From: Candidatus Pacearchaeota archaeon CG10_big_fil_rev_8_21_14_0_10_34_76
GTDB lineage: Archaea > Nanobdellota > Nanobdellia > Pacearchaeales > GW2011-AR1
Length of the DNA stretch: 64,000 nucleotides
Direction of reading: 5' to 3'
Assembly: GCA_002763075.1 (NCBI GenBank)
Contig: PFDB01000015.1
Location: 5,747-69,746 of the forward strand
Shown here one piece after another: positions 17,385 to 26,679 of the stretch. Made by a program: the position numbers and the translations under genes. Every line of letters begins with the position of its first letter. Position 1 is the stretch's first letter. The notes under the pieces are model-generated. The model was not told where the DNA came from. It worked only from the letters and a program-made list of their open reading frames with translations, and made no database searches.

Positions 17385-20300
17385 ATGTTAAATAAAAAAA
17401 GAGTGATTTTCTTTGGTTTAATTATATTTGTAATTGTTTTTTATTCTTCTCCGATTAGAGCTGGACCTTATGGTTACGGTGATAGCATGGACTTAAAGTA
17501 TGTCATAGGTGATGAAAAAATAATTTATGGTTATGGAGGGGGTATTAAGTATGAGACCTCTTTGAGGCCCCTGGATCAGAATTGGAGTACATGGGTTCCT
17601 GAATCGAGAAGAAGAATTATTGAGGAAAGCTGGGAGAACATTTATAATAGTGTGAATGGATTTAAACCCTCTAAAACTACACTCTCTAATGAACTCTTTT
17701 TTGATCCTTTGATTTTGGAGAAATTTACAAATCAAACAGAAGTATACGTTACAGTCATGTTAAGAGATGAAAGTGGAATGAGTTATAAAAATTCTCAAAA
17801 AACTCAGTTAGAAAAATTTTCAATTTATAAGACAAAGGCCGAATATTTTTCTAGATCTGAAGACGAAGTTATTTCAACATTAGACGAATCTGAATTTAGA
17901 TTAGATCATAAATTCAAGATAATCAATGCATTTAGTGGACGTATTACAAAACAGGGATTAGATAAGTTAATGACGAATCCAAATGTTATCTCTATAGAGA
18001 CTAATAAAGGAGTAAGTTTGGGGTTGGATGAGAGTATTCCCTTAGTGAATGCTACTGAGGCATGGAGTTTAGGATATTCTGGGGAAGGGGTTGCAGTTTG
18101 TGTTATAGATTCTGGAATAAATTATACTCATCCCGCATTGGGCGGGTGTTTTGGAAATGGATGTAAGGTTGTTGATGGCTATGATTATTGTGCAAGTAGT
18201 AATTGTGGTTCTGAGGACGGCGATCCAATGGACGATGACGAATTCCTGGGAGGGCATGGGACTCATGTTGCAGGAATTGTGGCTTCAGAAGACTCAATAT
18301 ATAGAGGCGTTGCTCCAAATGCATCTCTTATTGCAATGAAAGCTTGTGTTGATGGTAGTTTTTGTGGAACTCAAGCAATAGAAAAAGCGGTTGATTGGTG
18401 TGTTGCTAATTCTAGTATTTATAATATTAAAGTTATAACGATGAGTATTTATGATCATACAGAATGGAGTTCTGATTGTAACCCTTCTGACAAATTGGCT
18501 GCTACTGCTGCGATAAATAATGCTCATGATGTAGGTATTTTTGTCGATGCAATCTCTGGAAATGATGGTCACACAGAGGGAATATCTTGGCCGGGTTGTG
18601 TTAGAGGAGCAACTTCGGTTGGAGCCACGACCAAACAAGATAACCTTTGGGCAAATACAAACAGGGGTCCCAACCTTGATTTACTTGCTCCAGGAGTTTC
18701 CATAAGATCAACTAATTATCGTTGGGAAAGTCAATCTGATTTTGTACTTCAAAGCGGGACAAGCATGGCTGCTCCTCATGTTGCGGGAGCTGTAGCCATC
18801 CTTTTGGAAAAAGATCCTAGTTTAATGCCAGATGAAATCGAACAAATTTTACAAGAAACAGGAAAACAAATTCAAGGAAGTAGTTGGAAAAGAATAGATG
18901 TTGCAAATGCTACTCGAGATATTTGCCAAGTTGGTACATGGCAGGCAGGGTCTTGCGGAGGAGGCTCATGCAATAGTCTCCAAAGAGAATATACCAGAAC
19001 TGTTGATCCTCCAATGTGCGATATTTCAACAATGTGTGAATATGATGAAAGTTGTGTTGGTTCCACCATCACAGTTTGTGCAAGTGGATGCGATTATACA
19101 ACGATCCAGGCAGGATTAAATGTAGCCACTAATGGTGATTTAGTTAAGGTTACAGATGGTGGCACATATAGTGAAACAATTAATTGGTCCACATCAGATA
19201 ATGGAGTTATATTAAATTGTCAGGGAGCTACCATTACAACTTCCTCTCGTATGACTATACATGAAAAAGAAGGTGAAGTTGTAATGAATTGTATATTTAA
19301 TGCCTCAAATGGAGTTAAAATGACTGGAGACGGAGTGGGGAATGAATTCTTGAATAATATTTTTGATATTGAAGAAAAGGGAATAAATTCACAAGGAGAT
19401 AGTAGTGGAGATACTGGGCGCACCTATATAGAAAATAATATAATAATCAATGCTGACGAAGAAGGAATAATAATTCATCATACTAGCGGGAGTTCTTCTG
19501 GAGGAAATAATAAATTATTCAACAACAAGATATTCAATACAAATTATGCTATATGGTTTGAAGATAGTTCATTTAATAACCTCTCAGGTAATGTAATTGA
19601 GAATAATTTTCGAGGGATTTATCTTGATGCAAGTAGTGCGGGAGATGATAGAGAAGCGTATATAGAAAATAATAATATATCAAATAACGATTATGGAGTT
19701 TATATACAAAATCAAGATAAGGTCAACGTGAATGGCAATTATTTTTGCTCTCAGAATTCAATCTATGATATTTTTGCTACAGGAATGTATGATTTCTCGG
19801 GGGGTTCGCAAAATAGGTGTGAAAATACTGCTAATTGGAATGATACCAATTATGTTGGGTGTACATACTTTTGTGATACTCCTGCATCAGTCATTCTTCT
19901 TGACCCCCTTAATGGATCTCAAGATGCTGATGGTAACATTGACCTTGCGTGCTACGCTTCAGATAATTATCAATTAAAAAATATCACCCTCTACCACGAT
20001 ATTTCTGGGGCCTGGCAAGCTAATCAAACTAAAGAAATAGGTGGAATTTCTAATATAACAACATTTACATTTAATAATTTAGAAGATGGCACTAACTTTA
20101 ATTGGAATTGCCTTGCTTATGATAATGTGTCAAGAGGAAGCTTTGCTATCAATAATTGGTCTCTTTATATAAATATCACGCCTAATAACCCTCCAACTAC
20201 GCCTAATTCCCTTCTCTGTGACGAAGAATTATGTTCTGACAATAGAACATTTTCTAATACGATTGAGATAAATTGTACTGGTTCTACTGATGAAGAAGGA

Positions 20301-21875
20301 AATATAATAACTTATTTTACTGAAGCATTTTATAAAAACGATGATTTGATATTGATTAATACATTTAATAATTCTATAGAAACAGAAAACTTGACTTTTA
20401 CAGGAAATGAAAATATAATTAGATACTTGGAGATCTCCAAGAATGCTAATGTTTTAAATGCCACTCTTAATTTAACTGGGACCTCACAAAATAATTCTAT
20501 TTTTTCTGAGGCTAATGCATATTATGATTTTGAAGATGGTTCTGGAACTACTTTAACAGATTTGGCAGGAATTAATGATGGAACATTAAATAATATGGAG
20601 GACTCTGATTGGAAAGATCCAAAACTCGGAGATTTTGGATTAAATTTTGATGGGTTGGATGAATATATTAATATTTTGGATAGTTCTGCGCTAGACCTTT
20701 CAGAGGGAAGTGTTTCTATGTGGGTCAATCGAACTGACAACACTGATGACATGTATTTGATTACTAAAGGTAATGGAAATGGACCAACACAAAATTATGA
20801 AATGAGATATGACGTAAGTACTGAGGGATTTGTTTTGGGCGTTGGAAACGGGATTTCTCAAAGTGCTGCTGTAAGGGCTGGGATCATAGGGCAAGGAACA
20901 TACCATCATGTAATATTTACTTGGAATAGCACCAGTCTTGATATTTGGTTGGATGGAGTTCATGAAGGTTTACAAACACACACTGTTTCAATCGCCAGTA
21001 ATTCTGAACCATTTAAGATAGCAAGTGAAAGAGGAGACTCATTTGGGAATTACTGGGATGGTTCGCTAGATGAAATAGGGATATGGAATAGAGTTTTGTC
21101 ATCACAGGAAATTGTAGATTTATATAATGGTGGAAATGGAAAACATTTCTCTCAAAGTCCAACCAATCCTTATTTAGAGATTGGTAGTGTCGATGGTTTT
21201 AGGGAATGGGAATATGCAGGAGTATTTAATCATTCTAATAATAGAACAGAAGATTTTTCTAGCGCAGTAAACCTTTCTCTCAATGGAGGCTCCTGTAATT
21301 GTACCGGCTGTGTCTTAAATGATAATTTATGTTTAATTCCCTTTTTATTCCACTCTGATTCAGTTGGGATTATTGAATATAATGATTTAGATATAAGTTA
21401 CACGTTGGATGAACAATCTTGGAGAGAAATAGGTAACAATTCAGAAAATTCTACATTCAACTGGAACATAAGTGGATTAGAGACACAATTTAATGTAGAT
21501 TTGAGATGCAGAGCAATTGATATTGATGGAAGTAATAATTATTCAAACTATTATAACCCTGGAACCAATATAACAATTATAGGTCCTGGATTAGTTATTT
21601 CGGATCTTGATGTTGTTTATATGAATAATCTTAATAGGGTCTTTAGGTTTGTAATAACAAATATAGTTAATTCTGAATTAGAAAATATTGTTTGGTCTTT
21701 GGATACTGGAGAATCTAATATATCCTCTGAATATAATTCAACATTACAATCAAATGAAGATTTATTTGTCTATGCATTCTATAATTATACAAGCTCAGGA
21801 AATTATACTGTAATTGCAAGCACAATGAGTGATGAATTTTCAGATACCGAAAGCTTGGAGATAGAGGTAATATGA
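17385..21875 (+). CDS. Giant (1496 aa) subtilisin-family (S8) serine protease with beta-helix (PbH1) repeats and LamG/concanavalin-like domain
   Basis: Catalytic triad motifs VCVIDSGINYTHP (Asp), GHGTHVAGIVAS (His), SGTSMAAPHVAGAVAILL (Ser). NNI/NN-rich parallel beta-helix repeats around aa 640-790. Laminin_G_3-like block LNFDGLDEYI...SMWVNRTD...YHHVIFTWNSTSLDIWLDGV...WDGSLDEIGIWNRVLSSQEIVDLYNGG. Confidence 0.9.
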   Translation: MLNKKRVIFFGLIIFVIVFYSSPIRAGPYGYGDSMDLKYVIGDEKIIYGYGGGIKYETSLRPLDQNWSTWVPESRRRIIEESWENIYNSVNGFKPSKTTLSNELFFDPLILEKFTNQTEVYVTVMLRDESGMSYKNSQKTQLEKFSIYKTKAEYFSRSEDEVISTLDESEFRLDHKFKIINAFSGRITKQGLDKLMTNPNVISIETNKGVSLGLDESIPLVNATEAWSLGYSGEGVAVCVIDSGINYTHPALGGCFGNGCKVVDGYDYCASSNCGSEDGDPMDDDEFLGGHGTHVAGIVASEDSIYRGVAPNASLIAMKACVDGSFCGTQAIEKAVDWCVANSSIYNIKVITMSIYDHTEWSSDCNPSDKLAATAAINNAHDVGIFVDAISGNDGHTEGISWPGCVRGATSVGATTKQDNLWANTNRGPNLDLLAPGVSIRSTNYRWESQSDFVLQSGTSMAAPHVAGAVAILLEKDPSLMPDEIEQILQETGKQIQGSSWKRIDVANATRDICQVGTWQAGSCGGGSCNSLQREYTRTVDPPMCDISTMCEYDESCVGSTITVCASGCDYTTIQAGLNVATNGDLVKVTDGGTYSETINWSTSDNGVILNCQGATITTSSRMTIHEKEGEVVMNCIFNASNGVKMTGDGVGNEFLNNIFDIEEKGINSQGDSSGDTGRTYIENNIIINADEEGIIIHHTSGSSSGGNNKLFNNKIFNTNYAIWFEDSSFNNLSGNVIENNFRGIYLDASSAGDDREAYIENNNISNNDYGVYIQNQDKVNVNGNYFCSQNSIYDIFATGMYDFSGGSQNRCENTANWNDTNYVGCTYFCDTPASVILLDPLNGSQDADGNIDLACYASDNYQLKNITLYHDISGAWQANQTKEIGGISNITTFTFNNLEDGTNFNWNCLAYDNVSRGSFAINNWSLYINITPNNPPTTPNSLLCDEELCSDNRTFSNTIEINCTGSTDEEGNIITYFTEAFYKNDDLILINTFNNSIETENLTFTGNENIIRYLEISKNANVLNATLNLTGTSQNNSIFSEANAYYDFEDGSGTTLTDLAGINDGTLNNMEDSDWKDPKLGDFGLNFDGLDEYINILDSSALDLSEGSVSMWVNRTDNTDDMYLITKGNGNGPTQNYEMRYDVSTEGFVLGVGNGISQSAAVRAGIIGQGTYHHVIFTWNSTSLDIWLDGVHEGLQTHTVSIASNSEPFKIASERGDSFGNYWDGSLDEIGIWNRVLSSQEIVDLYNGGNGKHFSQSPTNPYLEIGSVDGFREWEYAGVFNHSNNRTEDFSSAVNLSLNGGSCNCTGCVLNDNLCLIPFLFHSDSVGIIEYNDLDISYTLDEQSWREIGNNSENSTFNWNISGLETQFNVDLRCRAIDIDGSNNYSNYYNPGTNITIIGPGLVISDLDVVYMNNLNRVFRFVITNIVNSELENIVWSLDTGESNISSEYNSTLQSNEDLFVYAFYNYTSSGNYTVIASTMSDEFSDTESLEIEVI

Positions 21876-23416
21876 TGAGAAATAAGATAAGTTTAATGTT
21901 TGGAATAGTATTTTTACTTAGTGGAATGATTGGCTTAGTTTCGGCTATTGAATATGGTTCTAATTGGGACAAGAATTGTAACGGAAACCTTTGCCAAGTT
22001 AATGTGTATTCTTATGAAAAATACTGGAATGGAAATAATGGTTGGGAAGAGATAGATGAAAGTTTTTCAGATTGTTCTGCTGATGGAAGAACAAGATATT
22101 GTACTGAAGATTATCGTTTTAGAGCTATTGCTGATGATAACGGAACAGTTTCTGCATTTATAGGGAGTGAAGAATTTACAGTAAGGTTAAATGAATTGTT
22201 AGGGAGAAATGTTGATTTTATCCCAAGAATTAGCGAAAATATGATTTCTTATGATGATATTATTCCGGGTGTTGATTTGGTTTACACTTACCTGCCAAAC
22301 ATGTTCAAAGAAGAAATTGTGATAAACGAGCCATTACAAGGTCTTCCAGATAGAGACTTTGATATAACCTTTACTAAAAGAGGTAATGCTGATTTTGGAA
22401 TTAGAGACAGTATTATTTGTGACGCAAATGGGTTGTGTCAAGACCTTGAGCATTCTGTTGAGGGGAATCAAATAATTGTAACAATCCCAGTTTCTTTCCT
22501 TAACCATAAAGATGTGGTATATCCAGTAACTATTGATCCCACAATTGATCTGGGAGATACATCCATAGCCTGGGATGGTTATGTGTACAACGAGTCTGGA
22601 ACTCCAAATACATATACTAGAGTGGGGTCTCCAGTGAATTATATAAGTTTAGGCAATATTCTGACTCTTGGTGGAACAAGAATGGCTAAAGGAGACATAG
22701 ACTGGAATGTCTCAAGCATTCCAGATGGGTCTGTTGTTTATAACTTAAGTTTACAAATTTATGTAGACACTGCTTCTACTGGGACTCCAAATGTGACTTT
22801 GAATATCAGCCATATGAATGGTAATAACTTAACTTATGAAGATAATAGTACAGAGTGTTATGGGAACTGCCAGTTTTGGGAAGATATGGCTGATGGAACT
22901 CTTTATTATTCTGAGACTTTTGCTTCTGATGTTGTCAAGAATATAGATTTGGATTTAGCAATTTCTGATTTTGAAGGTTCTCTTGATTCAGATGTTTTCA
23001 GTGTTGGTTTTGATGGGCACTATCAAGTGAACAAAGATGTGAGAATTGGATCTAAAAATAATCCCAATTTAGGTTACAGACCTGTGCTTACAGTTGTTTA
23101 CGGAGTGAATGGAACTGATTCTGATGCAGCGATTGAAGAAGGCATATTTTATTCAGTGGTTGGGGGTGTTAATCCAATCTATAATAATCAACAGATTTAT
23201 CTTGTTAATGAATTGGGTACGCATTACACTGGAACATTTGATAAAGCAGTTGAAGAAGGTAATCAAATGTGGATATTCAATTATGTGATTCCTGGAGAGT
23301 CTTTCATTAACATGCCCTCACTATTTAATATTTTGAATGTTTGGGAAAACCAGTCCTTGAGTTATAGCGAGATTGTTGAACAGGTGAAGAGTTATATTAA
23401 TGGCACAATTTATTAA
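21872..23416 (+). CDS. Secreted hypothetical protein (514 aa), ATGA-coupled to the subtilase gene
   Basis: N-terminal signal anchor ISLMFGIVFLLSGMIGLVSA. The start overlaps the stop of 17385..21875. No catalytic motif recognised. Confidence 0.65.
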   Translation: MMRNKISLMFGIVFLLSGMIGLVSAIEYGSNWDKNCNGNLCQVNVYSYEKYWNGNNGWEEIDESFSDCSADGRTRYCTEDYRFRAIADDNGTVSAFIGSEEFTVRLNELLGRNVDFIPRISENMISYDDIIPGVDLVYTYLPNMFKEEIVINEPLQGLPDRDFDITFTKRGNADFGIRDSIICDANGLCQDLEHSVEGNQIIVTIPVSFLNHKDVVYPVTIDPTIDLGDTSIAWDGYVYNESGTPNTYTRVGSPVNYISLGNILTLGGTRMAKGDIDWNVSSIPDGSVVYNLSLQIYVDTASTGTPNVTLNISHMNGNNLTYEDNSTECYGNCQFWEDMADGTLYYSETFASDVVKNIDLDLAISDFEGSLDSDVFSVGFDGHYQVNKDVRIGSKNNPNLGYRPVLTVVYGVNGTDSDAAIEEGIFYSVVGGVNPIYNNQQIYLVNELGTHYTGTFDKAVEEGNQMWIFNYVIPGESFINMPSLFNILNVWENQSLSYSEIVEQVKSYINGTIY

Positions 23417-23435
23417 TTACAGAAAAGGGTAAATT

Positions 23436-24308
23436 ATGATGAGAATAAAAAAAATGCATTGGATAGGCGGGGTATTTGCTCTTATAATTCTTATTTCTAA
23501 TCTTATTTTCTTCAGGCAGGACAAGGTGTTCTTTTTTTTAATAGGGATATCTCTTGTTATTTTTCTTCTCCCTATCCTGACAAGTCTTGTTCTTGCTGGA
23601 AAAAGAGAGCAAGAGCTGAATCAACAATTCCTTGAATTTTCTAGAAATCTTGCTGAGAGCGTAAAATCTGGAACACCTATTGGGAAAAGTATTGTGAACA
23701 TGAGAAATAAAGATTTTGGCGTATTAAGTAAGTATGTGGAGAAACTTGCAAACCAGATATCTGTTGGAATTCCTATAAGCAAGGCAATGGATAGTTTTGC
23801 AAAGGACATTGATAGTATTGTTGTCAAAAGAGCAATAACCTTGATAAGAGAGGCTGAGAATGCTGGGGGAGAGATAAATCATATCCTTGAATCTGTTGCA
23901 AATTCTATTTATGAAGTGGAGAAACTCAAGAAAGAGAGGAAAAACGCAATATCAAGTCTTGTGGTTCAGGGATATATTATATTCTTTATTTTTCTTGGGA
24001 TAATGCTTATAATGGAATTTAAGATTCTTCCATTGACAGCTGATATAAGTTCTATTGGATCTTTTGGGAGTGCGGGAGACCTTAGTGGAACTATAGCTGC
24101 GGGAGGTTCATTAGCTGCTAGCGAGGCAAGTGTCTCTGCAGAAGCACTTGCAAGACCATTTCTTTATCTTTTATTAGTGCAGGGATTCTTTGTTGGCCTT
24201 ATAATAGGTAAACTCTCAGAAGGTTCTGTCAAATATGGAATAAAACATTCAATTATATTGTCCGTAATGGCTTTCCTTGTATCTACGGGATCTAGATTGT
24301 TTTTGTAG
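23436..24308 (+). CDS. Second pilus platform protein, single T2SSF domain (TadB/TadC-like)
   Basis: TM-cytoplasmic helical domain-TM layout. FLEFSRNLAESVKSGTPIGKSIVNM...KLANQISVGIPISKAMDSFAKDI...ITLIREAENAGGEINHILESVANSI fits the T2SSF pattern. Confidence 0.75.
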   Translation: MMRIKKMHWIGGVFALIILISNLIFFRQDKVFFFLIGISLVIFLLPILTSLVLAGKREQELNQQFLEFSRNLAESVKSGTPIGKSIVNMRNKDFGVLSKYVEKLANQISVGIPISKAMDSFAKDIDSIVVKRAITLIREAENAGGEINHILESVANSIYEVEKLKKERKNAISSLVVQGYIIFFIFLGIMLIMEFKILPLTADISSIGSFGSAGDLSGTIAAGGSLAASEASVSAEALARPFLYLLLVQGFFVGLIIGKLSEGSVKYGIKHSIILSVMAFLVSTGSRLFL

Positions 24309-24313
24309 GACAT

Positions 24314-25069
24314 TTAAGAATATTTTTTTATGATATAGAAGAATTCATTTTCTGAGGAAAAAGTCTCAAAGTCATATTTTAGTCTGGAAAGTAGTTTATC
24401 AAACCATTGCCTTCTTGGGGAGGCCATTCTTTTTCCAGAGATTTTTCTTGTGGAGAAACTGATTATCATCCAGTTGCAATTGACGCCTGTAAGTATTTTT
24501 TCTGCAATTTTGTGACCCTTTGATTCTATTATATCGAATACCTTGAAGATGAGGCAAAGGTCAGATTTTGGAAAATCAATTTCCTTGCGGAGGTCAAAAT
24601 AGAAAGCATTACCCTTTAGTTTGTTCATCTTAAAAAAATCGTTTATCAGTTCTAATTCGCTTTCTTTAATATCGCAAGCATAATAAGTTACATCTGGGGA
24701 TGCTAATGCAATGGGATTAAGCCCGCAACCAAGATCAAGAATAGATTTTGGTGATATTTTTTTTATCTTTTCTTTTAAAGCAGGATAAAAATCCAAGCGC
24801 TCTTTTGTAGAAGTATGGGACTTTAATATCTCCAAGATTTCTCCTTTTTTTAGCATGCTTTTTCTGTCAATCTGTTTATGTTGATATTGCCCAGTGTATT
24901 TTCTAAGTTCAGCCCTTATTTCCTTAAGAACAAATTTTTCCTGCTTTTTTCCTTTTATCTCCTTTATATTGTTCTTTGAGATGTAAGAATCTAATAAATC
25001 AGATATAAAACTATCAGGGATATCTCTAAATTCTTTCTTATTCTTTATCTTGACTATTATATCTTCCAT
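24314..25069 (-). CDS. 16S rRNA (guanine1405-N7) methyltransferase family homolog (ArmA/Rmt/FmrO-like)
   Basis: 251 aa. By-eye colinear matches to remembered ArmA/RmtB blocks: IKNKKEFRDIPDSFISDLL, HTSTKERL, SILDLGCGLNPIAL (SAM motif I), YYACDI, DLCLIFKVFDIIE, MIISFSTRKISGKRMAS, RRQWFDKL, NEFFYIIKK. Confidence 0.75.
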   Translation of the reverse strand: MEDIIVKIKNKKEFRDIPDSFISDLLDSYISKNNIKEIKGKKQEKFVLKEIRAELRKYTGQYQHKQIDRKSMLKKGEILEILKSHTSTKERLDFYPALKEKIKKISPKSILDLGCGLNPIALASPDVTYYACDIKESELELINDFFKMNKLKGNAFYFDLRKEIDFPKSDLCLIFKVFDIIESKGHKIAEKILTGVNCNWMIISFSTRKISGKRMASPRRQWFDKLLSRLKYDFETFSSENEFFYIIKKYS

Positions 25070-25088
25070 ATATGATTTAAAAGGAAGT

Positions 25089-25098
25089 TATTTAAATA
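25089..25098 (+). promoter_or_regulatory. TATA box for the leaderless 25118 pilin-like gene
   Basis: TATTTAAATA is centred about 24 nt upstream of ATG 25118. Confidence 0.45.
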
Positions 25099-25117
25099 AT
25101 ATCTTGTTTGGGTATCT

Positions 25118-25807
25118 ATGAATAAAAGAGGGATGGGCCATATAGAGGTTATTTTGGCAATTGTTATTTTTGTAGGATTTGTGGTGTTTGCTCTTTATTT
25201 TCTAAATCCACTGGAAACAGATAGAATTGTTGAATCATCCCTTACATACGGGATTGATGAGATATCAGATAAGATTGAAAGTGATATGATTAGTTATTCT
25301 GTTGTTTTTAAGGATGTCAATGCTAATATTGTTTCAATACCCTTACAAAACTCTGAAAATTTTAAGATAAGGGTAGAAACAAATGAGGGGCAAAAGCTCA
25401 ATTCTAAATATTCTGGAGGCAGAGTGGTGTTGAACAGGGCAGGAAATGAATTTGTTATTGTAAAATTTTCGGAGTTTTATAATGAAGATTTATTGTCTGG
25501 AGAAGTTCTTCTAGGTCCTGAAAACTTTAGCATTTCAAGTTCTGGGAAACAGAAAGTATGGAGTGAAGAAAAAGCCTTGGAATTGAATGAGAGTTATTTT
25601 GAAGATTATCAGGCTCTTAAAAAAGAGTTTAATCTTCCCGGAAGAGTCAATTTTGGATTTTCATTTGATGTTCTTGACGGAAATAGTTTTAGAAGTGAAA
25701 ATCCAGTACCTGATGGACTGGAAGTATTTACTAAAAGTGAAAGAAGGGAAACAATAAGATCTGATGAGAGTATGGGTTTTGCAGATTTGACTGTTTCAGT
25801 CTGGTGA
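25118..25807 (+). CDS. Minor pilin-like protein (Glu+5)
   Basis: MNKRG|MGHIEVILAIVIFVGFVVFALYFL. Confidence 0.7.
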   Translation: MNKRGMGHIEVILAIVIFVGFVVFALYFLNPLETDRIVESSLTYGIDEISDKIESDMISYSVVFKDVNANIVSIPLQNSENFKIRVETNEGQKLNSKYSGGRVVLNRAGNEFVIVKFSEFYNEDLLSGEVLLGPENFSISSSGKQKVWSEEKALELNESYFEDYQALKKEFNLPGRVNFGFSFDVLDGNSFRSENPVPDGLEVFTKSERRETIRSDESMGFADLTVSVW

Positions 25808-25808
25808 T

Positions 25809-26204
25809 ATGAATAAAAAAGGATTTATGAAGATAGTTGAAGCAAGCATATCTATTTTGATAATAGCTGGGATGCTATTTTTTATTCTTGCTAAGACAAA
25901 GGCAGGAGCAATATCTCCAGATTATGATGAGAGCGCAAGAGATTTTTTAGAAGAAATATCCAAGAATGCTAGTTTAAGACAGGCTGTTTTAGAAGGAAAT
26001 ATTGAAGATATTGAAGAATTTATGGACAGAAGACTTCCTCTTGGAAGTGTGAATTATGATTTTACAATATGTGATATAAATGCTGTTTGTGGCCTCGATA
26101 AATATGTTGAAGGAGAGGTCTTTGCACAAGAGAGAGTTATTAGCGCAGATATAAGAAATGATTTTTCCCCTAAAAAGTTAAGAATTTTTATATGGCAAAA
26201 GTGA
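25809..26204 (+). CDS. Minor pilin-like protein
   Basis: MNKKG|FMKIVEASISILIIAGMLFFILA. Begins 1 nt after the previous stop. Confidence 0.65.
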   Translation: MNKKGFMKIVEASISILIIAGMLFFILAKTKAGAISPDYDESARDFLEEISKNASLRQAVLEGNIEDIEEFMDRRLPLGSVNYDFTICDINAVCGLDKYVEGEVFAQERVISADIRNDFSPKKLRIFIWQK

Positions 26205-26219
26205 TTCTTGAACTGAAAA

Positions 26220-26648
26220 ATGAAAAATAAAAATATAGATGTTATGGAGCATACCTCTGAAGTGAAATTCAAGGTTAGAGGCTCATCAATAAACAAGGTG
26301 TTTGAGAATATTGTAATTGCGATTTCTGATTTTATGGCTAGAGGAGAGAAGATAAAACCTGTTTTGAAAAAGAAAATAAAAATCTCTGGGGAAGATAATG
26401 AATCTCTGTTGTATGATTTTCTTGATGAAATTATTTATTTGGGTGATGCGGAAGGATTTGTTGTTTCAAAAGCGCATGTTAAAATAAAGGGGAAAAATCT
26501 GGAAGCAGAATTGTTAGGAGATAATACAAACAATTATCCTGAGCTAGACCATATCAAGGCACCAACATATTCTGAGATGTATGTAAAACAAAAAGTAGGA
26601 AAAGACAGCAAAAAGCACTGGGAAGCTGTGTTTGTGCTTGATGTTTAA
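26220..26648 (+). CDS. Archease (RtcB activator)
   Basis: About 140 aa. EHTSEVKFKVRG corresponds to the archease HTAD-type N-terminal motif, and KAPTYSEMYV matches the C-terminal motif. Directly upstream of rtcB. Start could be ATG 26244. Confidence 0.8.
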   Translation: MKNKNIDVMEHTSEVKFKVRGSSINKVFENIVIAISDFMARGEKIKPVLKKKIKISGEDNESLLYDFLDEIIYLGDAEGFVVSKAHVKIKGKNLEAELLGDNTNNYPELDHIKAPTYSEMYVKQKVGKDSKKHWEAVFVLDV

Positions 26649-26679
26649 ATTTATAAGTCTTGTTTGACATTTTTTTCAT

